From: Patescibacteria group bacterium
GTDB lineage: Bacteria; Patescibacteriota; Microgenomatia; Levybacterales; UBA12049
Direction: 5' to 3'
Length of the DNA stretch: 64,000 nt
NCBI GenBank assembly: GCA_038062115.1
Contig: JBBTXS010000008.1
Coordinates: 12,484-76,483, forward strand
The position numbers and the translations under genes were made by a program. The number at the start of each line of letters is the position of its first letter. Positions within the stretch are counted from its first letter, which is position 1. A model generated the notes under the pieces. It ran no database searches and had not been told where the DNA came from. It worked only from the letters and a program-made list of their open reading frames with translations. Positions 7,819 through 17,379 of the stretch are shown one piece after another.

Positions 7819-10650
7819 TTAAGGACTACAAGGTCTACGGATAAGAGTGCCCCACAATGTCTGTAGAAAGCCATGATCGCAAGTAGCAACACCTTGCACT
7901 GGCGGGGTTGCGTAGCCAGATGGACTGCCGTAGGATGGGGTTCCGTAACTTGGTGTTCCATAGCTTTCTGAAGGAGTTCCATACGAAGGTGTGCCATACG
8001 ATGGTGTTCCATAGGATGATGGTGTTCCGTAGGCAGGGGTTCCATAGCTAGGACTGGGATAGCTGTAGCCAGTACTCGGTGTGGGATAGGCATAGGATGG
8101 GCTTGGATAGCTTGGTGTCCCATATGTTGGCGAAGGATAGGAATAACTAGTTCCAGGCGTTGGATAAGCATAGCCAGTAGATGGAGAAGGATAGCTGGTA
8201 TTTGAAGGTGTTGGATAGTAATAGGCTGTACCTGGTGATGGATATGTATAACTTGAACCTGGGGTTGGATATGAATAGCCTGTACCAGGAGTTGGGTATG
8301 GATAGGTCGTTGTTGTCCCCGGTGTAGGATAGGAATAAGGCGTTGGATAAGAAGGAGTTGTGTAATTCGGGTTTGACGGCGTGTAATAAGTCGGCGTGTT
8401 GTAAGGAGAATAATAAGGAGAAGTATAGGTAGTTGAAGGCGTAGAATAATCTGAAGTTGGCGATGTATAACCGCTTCCTGGAGTATAGTAGGGACTTGTG
8501 TATGTGCCGCCAGGCGTATAGTAGGATGGTGAGTAGTAGCTAGGTGTTGAATAGTTTGGAGTTACGTAAGGTGTGTAATAGCTTGGGCTGGTGTAATTTG
8601 ATCCCTCCGGAGGAGTGTAATATTGAGGGGTAGAGTAAGGTGTGTAGTAGTAAGGCGTTGGATAAAATCCGGGTGTGTAATAGGATGGTGTCGGATAAGA
8701 AGCCGGCGAATAGTAGCTGGGAGAAGTATAATTGCTGCTTAATGGTGGAGTTGGATAGTTTGGAGTGGTATAGGCAATAGGCGATGTATAGGTAGGAGGT
8801 GTTGGATATGTACCCGGTGTGTAATAATTTGGTGTTGAATAAGGAGGAGGTGGTGTGTAATAGCTTGGGCTAGTATAGGTTGAGCCTATCGGAGGAGTAT
8901 AGTAGGTAGGTGTTGTATAAACAGGCGGCGTGAAGTAAACAGGAGTTGTATAGCCGCCGCCAGTGTATGGCGTGTAATATTGAGGAGTTACGTATGGTGG
9001 AGGCGTTGAATAAGAAGGCGTTGTGTAATTTGAGCCAACGGGAGGAGTATAATAATAGGGTGTTGTATATTGGGGAGGAGTGTAATAGTAAGGTGTTGTA
9101 TAGCCGCTTCCCACAGGAGGTGTGTAATAAGTTGGGCTTGCATAAGTCGGAGTTGGATACTCACCTGTTGGAGTAGAATAATTGCTCCATGGAGTATAGT
9201 AGTTAGGCGTTGTATAGTTTGATCCTATCGGAGGTGTGTAGTAACTTGGGGTAGAGTACATACCAGGCGTATAGTATTGAGGTGTTGTATACGTCGAACC
9301 AACTGGCGGAGTGAAGTAAATAGGAGTTGTGTAGAAGTTAGTTGTAGGTGGACTGGCATAGATTACGTCTGCAGGAGGTGTGTAGTAGGTATCAGGAACA
9401 TAAATATCCAAGGGTCTTGGCGACCTGGAATTAAATCCTTCACATTGACCAGGATTTTCTTTACAATAGTCATAACAAGCACCAGGTGAATCACAATTGC
9501 CCATCTCCGGCTTTGGCTCAAATTTAACGTCAGTTCCGGGAGTGTAGTAGAGGTAAGGAGTATAGTCATCGGTTGGCCGTGAGGCGCTGGCATCAAAACC
9601 CTGACAGGAATTTGGATTAGCTTTACAGTAGTCGTAACATTCGCCTGGTGTTTTACAATTGCCCATCTCCGGTCTTGGTTCAAAATAGGCGCTTGCTATT
9701 TCCGGTGTAATTCCAAGAGGAAATGGACCATCGTTAATACAAGTATTACCATTCCAAAGTCCTCCAGCTTCTGCGCAATAGACTGCCAGTTTGTAATCCG
9801 GTATCTTTGTGCAAGAACCTCCGGGCCCGTGAACCTCATTTTGGCCGCAAGCGATAGGAACATAAACACCATTAGATCCAGGAGAGTAGCTTCGACATTC
9901 TTTAGGATTTTGTTCGCAGTAAGTTCGGCAGCCTGCTTCACTAGTACATCCACCAGGACCAGTATAGGGTCCGCTGGAAACAGTACAAAGTGTAAAATTA
10001 GCTGGATCAGAGCAGAAAGCACTGCAAGTGCCGGGAGTTTGGCAGCCGCCAGGACCCTCAACAACTTTCCCACCCAAAAGTCCTATTCTATCCGCAAAAC
10101 TACTACACTTATCAGCATTTGCAGGATTATCACAGAAAGTTGAACAAGTTGCGGCTGAATCACAACCTAGAACTTCTTTAGCAATAGTTAAGTATTCTGG
10201 TTTATCAGGTTCGCCAACATAACCTCCCGGAATATCACTCCTTTTGGCAAACGTACTACACGCATCAAAATTTGCTTCTTGTGAACAAAAATTCACACAA
10301 CCATCTCGGGAATTACATCCTAGCTCGCTTTGGGCATCCTGATAGAATTCATCCGTTGCATAAGTTGTCACATCATCTTGATAAAAACCGTTTTTCTTGG
10401 CAAAACTGCTGCAGCTGTTATAATTAACAGGATCTTCGCAATAATTTGTACATTCTTTTAAGTTATTACAGTCACCCAACTCCTTAACAGGAAAGTTAAG
10501 GTTAAAACTTCCCCCGGTGGCGGTGGTTGGTTGGACTGTTGGGCTTTGTGAGAAAACAGAAGTTGTTACAAAAAACAATACAAACACTGCCGCTAACGTC
10601 AAAATCAATGTTCTGATAGAATTTAATATTAAAGTTGTATTTATTGTCAT
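7819..10650 (-). CDS. Large surface protein: seven CX5CX3CX6/8C modules plus a ~500-aa Tyr/Thr/Pro/Ser-rich repeat region
   Basis: 943 aa. N-terminal hydrophobic signal/anchor (LILTLAAVFVLFFVTTSVFS). Modules such as CNNLKECTNYCEDPVNYNSC, CNSRDGCVNFCSQEANFDAC, CKTPGECYDYCKANPNSC. From about residue 410 it is nearly pure YYTPP / YTTP / SYGTP low complexity. Confidence 0.75.
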   Translation of the reverse strand: MTINTTLILNSIRTLILTLAAVFVLFFVTTSVFSQSPTVQPTTATGGSFNLNFPVKELGDCNNLKECTNYCEDPVNYNSCSSFAKKNGFYQDDVTTYATDEFYQDAQSELGCNSRDGCVNFCSQEANFDACSTFAKRSDIPGGYVGEPDKPEYLTIAKEVLGCDSAATCSTFCDNPANADKCSSFADRIGLLGGKVVEGPGGCQTPGTCSAFCSDPANFTLCTVSSGPYTGPGGCTSEAGCRTYCEQNPKECRSYSPGSNGVYVPIACGQNEVHGPGGSCTKIPDYKLAVYCAEAGGLWNGNTCINDGPFPLGITPEIASAYFEPRPEMGNCKTPGECYDYCKANPNSCQGFDASASRPTDDYTPYLYYTPGTDVKFEPKPEMGNCDSPGACYDYCKENPGQCEGFNSRSPRPLDIYVPDTYYTPPADVIYASPPTTNFYTTPIYFTPPVGSTYTTPQYYTPGMYSTPSYYTPPIGSNYTTPNYYTPWSNYSTPTGEYPTPTYASPTYYTPPVGSGYTTPYYYTPPQYTTPYYYTPPVGSNYTTPSYSTPPPYVTPQYYTPYTGGGYTTPVYFTPPVYTTPTYYTPPIGSTYTSPSYYTPPPPYSTPNYYTPGTYPTPPTYTSPIAYTTPNYPTPPLSSNYTSPSYYSPASYPTPSYYTPGFYPTPYYYTPYSTPQYYTPPEGSNYTSPSYYTPYVTPNYSTPSYYSPSYYTPGGTYTSPYYTPGSGYTSPTSDYSTPSTTYTSPYYSPYNTPTYYTPSNPNYTTPSYPTPYSYPTPGTTTTYPYPTPGTGYSYPTPGSSYTYPSPGTAYYYPTPSNTSYPSPSTGYAYPTPGTSYSYPSPTYGTPSYPSPSYAYPTPSTGYSYPSPSYGTPAYGTPSSYGTPSYGTPSYGTPSESYGTPSYGTPSYGSPSGYATPPVQGVATCDHGFLQTLWGTLIRRPCSP

Positions 10651-10901
10651 TATTTTGCAACCACAAAGGGATTTTTATATGCTTCAAACGGATTTACATA
10701 TTGGGTTTTTTTGTCAAAAGGATTATTGTATTTGGTTTTAATGGAGACTTTTGGTTCTTTTTGTTTTTGAAGGAAAGGTATAGTTTTGAGAGGGAAAGGA
10801 TCTTTGATAATTCCAAAGCGTACTAGCACAACAAAGACTATCCCGACAACGAGTAGGACTAACGGCAAACCAATAAATGCTTTCCTATTTTTAATATTCA
10901 C
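10650..10901 (-). CDS. Small membrane protein with three NPF motifs
   Basis: 83 aa. TM helix FIGLPLVLLVVGIVFVVLV. C-terminal YNNPFDKKTQYVNPFEAYKNPF. Its stop overlaps the start of the 943-aa gene by 1 nt (TAATG), suggesting translational coupling. Confidence 0.5.
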   Translation of the reverse strand: MNIKNRKAFIGLPLVLLVVGIVFVVLVRFGIIKDPFPLKTIPFLQKQKEPKVSIKTKYNNPFDKKTQYVNPFEAYKNPFVVAK

Positions 10902-10950
10902 TTTTCCCCTTTGATTAATCTAAGACACATCTTACAGTGTTTGTCAATAG

Positions 10951-11210
10951 CCAATTTTGTAACCGTTCAGGAGTTGACAAAACCTTCCTTGTCATTCCCA
11001 TGAAAATGGGAATCTATATAAATAACGTTCTGGATTCCCGCCTTCGCGGGAATGACATTGGAAACTCGTGGACGGTTACCCAATTTTGTAACCGTTCAGG
11101 ATTTGACAAAGGAATTGTCATTGCGAGCGTAGCGAAGCAATCTCATGAGATCGCCACGGCTACTTCGTAGCCTCGCGATGACAACGTTTTGTCAACTCCT
11201 GAACGGTTAC
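10951..11210. repeat. Composite of nested palindromic elements between divergent genes
   Basis: A ~30-nt unit CCAATTTTGTAACCGTTCAGGAKTTGACAAA occurs at 10951 and 11079 (direct) and as TTTGTCAACTCCTGAACGGTTAC at 11187 (inverted). The units bracket two hairpin elements: GTCATTCCCATGAAAATGGGAATC...GGATTCCCGCCTTCGCGGGAATGACA (10991..11057) and GTCATTGCGAGCG...CCTCGCGATGAC (11117..11182). Confidence 0.8.
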
Positions 11211-11221
11211 GAGACAGGGTA

Positions 11222-11251
11222 TTGACAACACCCTTTTTATATGCCTATACT
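11222..11251 (+). promoter_or_regulatory. Candidate sigma-70-type promoter for the 1640-aa gene
   Basis: TTGACA (11222..11227), 18-nt spacer, TATACT (11246..11251), 18 nt upstream of ATG 11270. Confidence 0.4.
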
Positions 11252-11269
11252 GAGTTATAGCTATTAATT

Positions 11270-14200
11270 ATGGCACGTATTTTAACTTATCATAATCCCA
11301 CTCCAAAGGAACTAAAGCAAAACCCTTTAAAATCTCTCTGGGAACAGTTTAAGTCTCTTGATAAATTTACAAGAGCCTTTATTATTGTAGTTTTAGCTAT
11401 TATTGTTGTAACTCCATATATTATTTCTCAATATCAAATATTTAATAGTCGTGGGGAGATTGACTTAACTAAAAGCGGAACTGTTGATGAAAATGGTATA
11501 TTTAACGAATATTTTGTCTGGAAAGGCGATCATGGCGCGATTATCGGAGGAGGTACTTCCAATACGGTATGGTGGAATGCTCACAATTGGGATGCTCGAG
11601 GGGATACTGCCCACAATGCGTTTGATGGAGGACCGAAAGGAGGTCAGGGAGGGGACCATATTGATGTCCATGTAGGCTCTCTAGATCTCACCGATGGAAA
11701 GCGGCTTAACAACAAATACGTGATCGGAGGAGACGGAGGTCCAGGAGTTGGAACCATGCATTTGGATATGGAGACGATATCGAGTGCTCGATTGAGAAAT
11801 CCCATGCTCATTTCTGGTGGCAGTCCAGGGATTGTAGAATTCAGAGCACCAACTTCTTTGACCAGTGGTCATTGGTGGGAGGTTGCGATAGCGCCAGCGA
11901 ATAAACCTGTGACAGGAGCAGAATTTACTGCTGCACCTTCGACTTCCGATGACATTGATGGACAGCAAGGACCAGGACATCGTCCTGCGGAAGATTCGAT
12001 CAACTTCGTTGTGTTTGGAAGAGACGATGTGCCCTGTACTAGTGGTTGGGGAATCAACACCGGAATCACAAAATCGATTGGGGGAAGTACAACAGACTCT
12101 CTCGGACCCATTATTACAACTGGAGCTAATCCTACAACGAGTGCGGACAAACTTTTTGCTTGGCGTCTTGAGTACTATCCCGACAAAATGAAACTCTTTG
12201 CAGATTTGAATGAAGATGGCACAAAAGAACTTCTCCACACGTTTAATGTTTCAGTTCCATGGAGCGAAGTAAATGTGTACCTTATGGGCGCTGCATATCA
12301 GGCGTATCATCATCCGCAAGGATTAGGCGACTGCCATAATCTAGGCCAAATCCGAGAGCTTCCATGGAAAGAAGTACGAATTGGTCCAGTAAAATACGCA
12401 AAGACAAGGGCTTATCCAAAGGAACAAGGTACCGATCGGGTTCAAAAGAAGACGGGATGGATGGGATTTGATATGCGAGACAGCCAGCGATTTGGCGTGG
12501 TAAATGGTATTGAACAGCCAAATGCTGCTTCCTACGACGAATGGAAATCTGCTGCGTTTTGTAGTATGGACACATGGTTCTGCGACAATCCAGTAACTAC
12601 CAAAACATTAACCTTCAATATTCCTGCAGAAGATGCAAGTGGCATTACTCACGCACAATTTATCTATGATATTCGATACAATGGAACCGCCACTATTGAA
12701 GTTAATGGAAAAGCCGTTCCTGGGTCTCTTCTTACGCAATCAAGCGTACCAGGACACGGAACCAATGGAGAGAAACATTGGGCGCAAAGATCAAAAGAGG
12801 TTGATCTTTCTTTCTTTCAGGCAGGGACGAATACGCTTGTCGTAAAAATGTCAGGGAGCGTGATGATGGATCGGCTTCAATTTGAATTTGGGTATGGGAA
12901 AGCTGCAGTCGTAACAGGATCTCCAACACCAACACCTACTCCAGTCTCTACACCAACACCCACTACAAAACTTACTCCAACACCGACTTCTCCGCCACCT
13001 ACCTCTCCACCTGGGAAAATCGTGTGTTCGGTTTCTGCTTTAGATCAACCAAAGGCAGTACCTCCTATGTGTAATTTGAATAAAGGGGAAGCAGCTCAAG
13101 TAACCCTTAAGGATGGAAGTAAACGGACGGTAACACTCGTTGATGTGCAGAAAGCAATTACTGAAAGCATTGTTGCAGACCAGGGACCATGTAACTTTAC
13201 CTTTCTTGCGAAGGCAACAGTGAATGTAGACGGAGAGCTTCGTGAGATGGGCGTTGCGATGGACCAGCCATATACGGTTGCAAAAGGGGTACGTATGTAT
13301 CCAATGAGATCCAAGATCTTTAATTCCGACAGTTGCTGGTCAGCGACATGGAATTCTGATCTTACCTTGATGTTCACCGATGCTTCTGCGCCGGCATTTA
13401 GTACCTCTGGGTATCACTACCCTCTTGAACAATTATGGGGACTCAACGAACACGCAGGCCGTGAGGCATATTCTGGTCGCCATCATGACGGCTATGATAT
13501 TGGCAGTCCGAATCAAGTGAGCCCCCCAGCAAAACTCTTAGCGCACATAGATGGCAAGATTTGGAGTTTTGGGCCAGTCTATGGTGGAGCAGAAGCAACA
13601 AATAATCGAATTGACCTTGCTCCAGCAGGTAATCAATGGGCAGACACGGGAGCCAGCTATTTCCACGCAGCCTCTCTAGCGTCTGGGGTATCGGTAGGGA
13701 GTTTGGTAACAAAAGGACAGTGGATTGGAAATGCAGGGCTTATTGACTCTCAAGGATATCCTCATCTTCATTGGGTTGGGGGTGAAGGATTGTTGATCAA
13801 CGAGTTTCCGTTCTTGAAAGAGAGCTATAACGCCACGATGATAACAAAATCCAAGTATCAAGGATATCCCAAAGACTGGCTTCTCATTGGTCCATTCTCT
13901 GACATAAATACAAATCGTTTATTCAATGATCATCTCGCTGGTCAGGAAACTACGATACAGCCATCAGAGGGTACAGTGACAAACGGAAAAACATGGAAAG
14001 GATACGACAATCTGGTAGTAGGTGCTGTTGATTTTGCGAGTGCGTTGAGCCCAGCCCCCTACAGTGGGTACGCAGGAAAAGTAAAGGACAATTACAAGAA
14101 CAGCATTGGGTATGCGCATATCTATATTAATTCTCCTATAGGGCAATCTGTTCAGCTTTGGTTAGGATACAATGATGGACTTCGTGCATGGTTGAATGGA

Positions 14201-16192
14201 AGCCTTGTGCATAGCGACAACGCGAATTATCTCTACGATTCCAAGAAAGGAAACGACATGGTACCAGATCAGGCAAAGATCAATATCAATCTTAATGCAG
14301 GATGGAATAGATTGCTCTTAAAGATAAGTCAAGATTCTAACGATATTGTTAGTGGTGGTCACTGGAATACTCCTCACTCATGGAAATTCTCCTCAAGAGT
14401 AGTTGATGCTTCTGGCAATCCTGTTAATAACTTAACCTATTCGCTTTCTCCTGGTGGTGTTGTGTCTACTCCAACACCTACTCCAATTTCAACTCCTACT
14501 CCTACTCCTACTTTTACTCCTTTAACCCCAACCCCAACTACGCCTCCAGGTATAGGAGGATTGCCTTGGCTTAAAACTTCTGGAAATAAAATTCAAACCG
14601 CAAGTGGACAAAATGTTGTGCTAAGAGGAGCAAATATTATGAGGTCTGAGTGGGTAGGGAATATGGATTTTGAGAAGAAAGCTTTTCCAGAGGTAAGTCA
14701 CAATTGGAAAGGTAATGTTATGTTAAGAGGTTTTGCTTCAGATCCAGTAAACAGCAATAATTCAACTTATTTAGGTTTTCTTGATGAAGAGCAAAAGCTA
14801 GCGGAAGCAAATAATATGTATATTATTTTTGCATGGCGGTCTAACGCTATAAATGGCGACCAGCCTACCATGCCAAATGATAGCGCACAACAGGCTTTGG
14901 TTAAATTGGCAACTAGGTATAAAGGCAAATCCAATGTAATATACGCTTTACAAGTAGAACCTCATGATGTTTCTTGGAGCACTCTTCTTCCTCGTTTTAA
15001 TAGTATGGTTACAGCTATTAGGCAAGCCTCTTCGCCAAACAAACCAATAATTATGATTCCTGGAACACAATGGAGTAGATACGTTCATTGGGCTATTACT
15101 CAACCTGTTACGGCAGATGGTGGAATAAATATTGTATATAAATCTCATCCTTACGATAATAGCCCTGAGTTCCAACAAGAATTTTTGGATACATACAATG
15201 CAAATTTGCCTGTATTTATTGGTGAATTTGGAACTGGTGCTTTCATGACCCAAGAGGATGTAAATACTTTGCTTACAATTACTCATGGGAAAAACATCTC
15301 ATGGGCAGCGTGGTTGTTTGATTCGGAAGGTTGTCCATGCTTATTAACCGATAGAACAACTTTTAATCCTACAAACCCCTATGGTGTATCTGTAAAAAAT
15401 GAAATGCTTACTACTCCTCCAATTCCTAATCTATCTCCAACCCCAACCCCCACACCACCTTCCACAGTAACCATTCAAGGAAGACATGTTGATAGTCTGG
15501 GGAATACACTTGTGTTGGCAGGACAAAAAGTAACACTTAATACTGGAGCGTCAACAACTGCTTCTCCAACTTGGTTCTTTAACACCTTAACTCCTGGCAC
15601 CTACACTGTAACAGCAGCTAATGTTACAGGCTATGCAATTTCTTACTCAGTCTGCGTCAATTGTACTAAACATGACTTTTACACTACAGGAAATTCTTTA
15701 ACTGTTAGTTTACCAGTTGGTGGAAACTATGCTGATATTTACTTTAAATATACACCAGTGGTACCAACCCCAACACCAACTCAGGCTTTAACTCCAACTC
15801 CTACATTTATTCCAAAACCTACTCCTACTCCTACTCCTACACCTACACCTACACCTACAGGTAAACCAATTCTAACTCCTACATTTATCCCAATTCCATC
15901 CCCTACATCTATACCTAAACCTACACCGACTCCTAGACTATATGAAACTCCATCCTATGGTTCACCCTCGTACGGTTCACCCTCGTACGGTACGCCTGGC
16001 TACGGAACTCCATCCTATGCTACACCAAGATCTGGAAAAGTTGGTGATCTAAACGGAGATGGAAAAGTAAATATATTTGATCTATCAAGACTTCTTAGAA
16101 ACTGGGGTAAAAGTGGAGTAGGCGATCTAAACAATGATGGAAAAGTAAACATATTTGATCTATCAATACTTCTTAGAAACTGGACTGGATAA
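11270..16192 (+). CDS. Multidomain surface enzyme: N-terminal TM anchor, unassigned region, M23 peptidase, jelly-roll-like domain, GH5 glycosidase, prealbumin-like domain, PT linkers, C-terminal dockerin
   Basis: 1640 aa. M23 motifs RHHDGYDIG (HxxxD) and GYPHLHW (HxH). GH5 string [42 protein letters not shown] aligns from memory with Cel5A-type NVIYEIANEPNG, GTGTWSQDV, FHFY, VSEWGTS. Duplicated dockerin segment [21 protein letters not shown] / [21 protein letters not shown]. Several PTPTPT linkers. Confidence 0.8.
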   Translation: MARILTYHNPTPKELKQNPLKSLWEQFKSLDKFTRAFIIVVLAIIVVTPYIISQYQIFNSRGEIDLTKSGTVDENGIFNEYFVWKGDHGAIIGGGTSNTVWWNAHNWDARGDTAHNAFDGGPKGGQGGDHIDVHVGSLDLTDGKRLNNKYVIGGDGGPGVGTMHLDMETISSARLRNPMLISGGSPGIVEFRAPTSLTSGHWWEVAIAPANKPVTGAEFTAAPSTSDDIDGQQGPGHRPAEDSINFVVFGRDDVPCTSGWGINTGITKSIGGSTTDSLGPIITTGANPTTSADKLFAWRLEYYPDKMKLFADLNEDGTKELLHTFNVSVPWSEVNVYLMGAAYQAYHHPQGLGDCHNLGQIRELPWKEVRIGPVKYAKTRAYPKEQGTDRVQKKTGWMGFDMRDSQRFGVVNGIEQPNAASYDEWKSAAFCSMDTWFCDNPVTTKTLTFNIPAEDASGITHAQFIYDIRYNGTATIEVNGKAVPGSLLTQSSVPGHGTNGEKHWAQRSKEVDLSFFQAGTNTLVVKMSGSVMMDRLQFEFGYGKAAVVTGSPTPTPTPVSTPTPTTKLTPTPTSPPPTSPPGKIVCSVSALDQPKAVPPMCNLNKGEAAQVTLKDGSKRTVTLVDVQKAITESIVADQGPCNFTFLAKATVNVDGELREMGVAMDQPYTVAKGVRMYPMRSKIFNSDSCWSATWNSDLTLMFTDASAPAFSTSGYHYPLEQLWGLNEHAGREAYSGRHHDGYDIGSPNQVSPPAKLLAHIDGKIWSFGPVYGGAEATNNRIDLAPAGNQWADTGASYFHAASLASGVSVGSLVTKGQWIGNAGLIDSQGYPHLHWVGGEGLLINEFPFLKESYNATMITKSKYQGYPKDWLLIGPFSDINTNRLFNDHLAGQETTIQPSEGTVTNGKTWKGYDNLVVGAVDFASALSPAPYSGYAGKVKDNYKNSIGYAHIYINSPIGQSVQLWLGYNDGLRAWLNGSLVHSDNANYLYDSKKGNDMVPDQAKININLNAGWNRLLLKISQDSNDIVSGGHWNTPHSWKFSSRVVDASGNPVNNLTYSLSPGGVVSTPTPTPISTPTPTPTFTPLTPTPTTPPGIGGLPWLKTSGNKIQTASGQNVVLRGANIMRSEWVGNMDFEKKAFPEVSHNWKGNVMLRGFASDPVNSNNSTYLGFLDEEQKLAEANNMYIIFAWRSNAINGDQPTMPNDSAQQALVKLATRYKGKSNVIYALQVEPHDVSWSTLLPRFNSMVTAIRQASSPNKPIIMIPGTQWSRYVHWAITQPVTADGGINIVYKSHPYDNSPEFQQEFLDTYNANLPVFIGEFGTGAFMTQEDVNTLLTITHGKNISWAAWLFDSEGCPCLLTDRTTFNPTNPYGVSVKNEMLTTPPIPNLSPTPTPTPPSTVTIQGRHVDSLGNTLVLAGQKVTLNTGASTTASPTWFFNTLTPGTYTVTAANVTGYAISYSVCVNCTKHDFYTTGNSLTVSLPVGGNYADIYFKYTPVVPTPTPTQALTPTPTFIPKPTPTPTPTPTPTPTGKPILTPTFIPIPSPTSIPKPTPTPRLYETPSYGSPSYGSPSYGTPGYGTPSYATPRSGKVGDLNGDGKVNIFDLSRLLRNWGKSGVGDLNNDGKVNIFDLSILLRNWTG

Positions 16193-16215
16193 AAGATTGA
16201 CAATCATAGAAATTT

Positions 16216-17379
16216 ATGTTTAAAAAACTTTTTATTTTTTTAGTGTTTCTTATTGTATTTTTATTTGTTGTTAATTCTTCTTTTGCCTCAACATTTTATA
16301 TTTCTCCAAGAAGTGCCAATATCCCCTCTGGAAGTATAGTCTCAGTCAGTGTTGGACTTAATACTAATGGTGAATCTATTAATGGAATTTCTGCTTACCT
16401 TAGCTATCCTTCAGATAAACTTGAAGTTGCTTGGATTTCTTATGGAGGTGCTTTCTCGCTTCAGGCAGAAGGATCATATGGAGGAGGAGGTATACGAATC
16501 TCAAGAGGAAGCATACCTGGTGCTGTTGGAAACGTAAATGTAGCAACAATTGGCTTTAGGGGTAAAGCGCAAGGAACAGCAACAGTTTCTTTTATTGGTG
16601 GTTCTGCAGCTGTACGTACTTCTGATGGTTCTGACTCACTTAATCTTGGAGGAAGTAGTGGGGCAGTATTCACAATAGGTGCAGCCAAACCGGGCTCAAG
16701 TACAACAGTTTCGCCTCCAACAAAAGTTTCGCCTACAATAACAGTAGATACAACCAAACCCGTGATTAGCAATGTAAAAGTAGACTTAATTGCTACAAAT
16801 ACTGCAACTATTACTTGGCAAACAGATGAAAAAGCAAACTCTACTGTTGATTATGGACTAAGTGCAGATAAATATTTTATCAATGTTAATGACAATAATT
16901 TAACAACAGCACACACAATAAAACTTACAGGTGACTCCTTGACACCAGGAACAGTAATTAACTTTAGAGTTAAATCAAAAGATGGAGCAGGAAATGAAGA
17001 AGTTAGCAACAACATTACATTCCAATTAAAAGGCTATACTGTAATAATTAAGGTTTTAGATACAGCAAACAAACCAATAAAAGATGCAGAAGTTCTACTT
17101 TACACTCCTCCAGTAAGATCAATAACCAGCTTAAGCGGAGAGACAATATTTACCAATGTTACACCAGGAAAACACTTGGTAGTAGCAAAGCTTAATAATA
17201 ACCTTGAAAAGACAAAAGAGATAGACGTTGAGGATTCCCTTTTGTCCCAGAGCTTCTTCTTAAATATTGACACTCAATCCAATCAAGTTACCTCTACTAT
17301 TCTCTACTTTGTTATACTGGTTACTATTGTAGGAGCAACAGGAATATACGTGGTTGTAAGAAAAAGGGTGGTAGGTTAG
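16216..17379 (+). CDS. Membrane-anchored cohesin-like protein (cohesin, FN3-like, CarboxypepD_reg-like, C-terminal TM)
   Basis: 387 aa. Signal peptide. FYISPRSANIPSGSIVSVSVGLNTNGESINGISAYLSYPSDKLEV...VATIGFRGKAQGTATVSF resembles cohesin domains. TATITWQTDEKANSTVDYGL...FRVKSKDGAGNE is FN3-like. YTVIIKVLDTANKPIKDAEVLLY is prealbumin-like. C-terminal helix ILYFVILVTIVGATGIYVVV followed by RKR. Confidence 0.6.
   Translation: MFKKLFIFLVFLIVFLFVVNSSFASTFYISPRSANIPSGSIVSVSVGLNTNGESINGISAYLSYPSDKLEVAWISYGGAFSLQAEGSYGGGGIRISRGSIPGAVGNVNVATIGFRGKAQGTATVSFIGGSAAVRTSDGSDSLNLGGSSGAVFTIGAAKPGSSTTVSPPTKVSPTITVDTTKPVISNVKVDLIATNTATITWQTDEKANSTVDYGLSADKYFINVNDNNLTTAHTIKLTGDSLTPGTVINFRVKSKDGAGNEEVSNNITFQLKGYTVIIKVLDTANKPIKDAEVLLYTPPVRSITSLSGETIFTNVTPGKHLVVAKLNNNLEKTKEIDVEDSLLSQSFFLNIDTQSNQVTSTILYFVILVTIVGATGIYVVVRKRVVG

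Noticed and set aside
7794-10222. ORF-track entries nested in or antisense to the 943-aa gene (7794..8171, 8946..9176, 9277..9489, 9363..9683, 9696..10073, 9829..10143, 10028..10222)
   Set aside because: All lie inside one long ORF with a coherent signal peptide, Cys-module and repeat architecture. The low-complexity GC-rich repeat DNA leaves alternative frames open by chance.
10937-11170. 77-aa ORF, and similar ORFs at 33968..34381, 20247..20447, 20348..20635 and 23123..23359
   Set aside because: These are translations of palindromic repeat elements, for example the recurring IPAFAGMT peptide from GTCATTCCCGCGAAAGCGGGAATCC. They have no independent coding evidence.
11465-15286. Short ORFs nested in or antisense to the 1640-aa gene (for example 11681..12238, 11869..12150, 13096..13377, 14948..15286)
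   Set aside because: They sit within a long ORF carrying recognisable M23, GH5 and dockerin motifs. None has a motif of its own.
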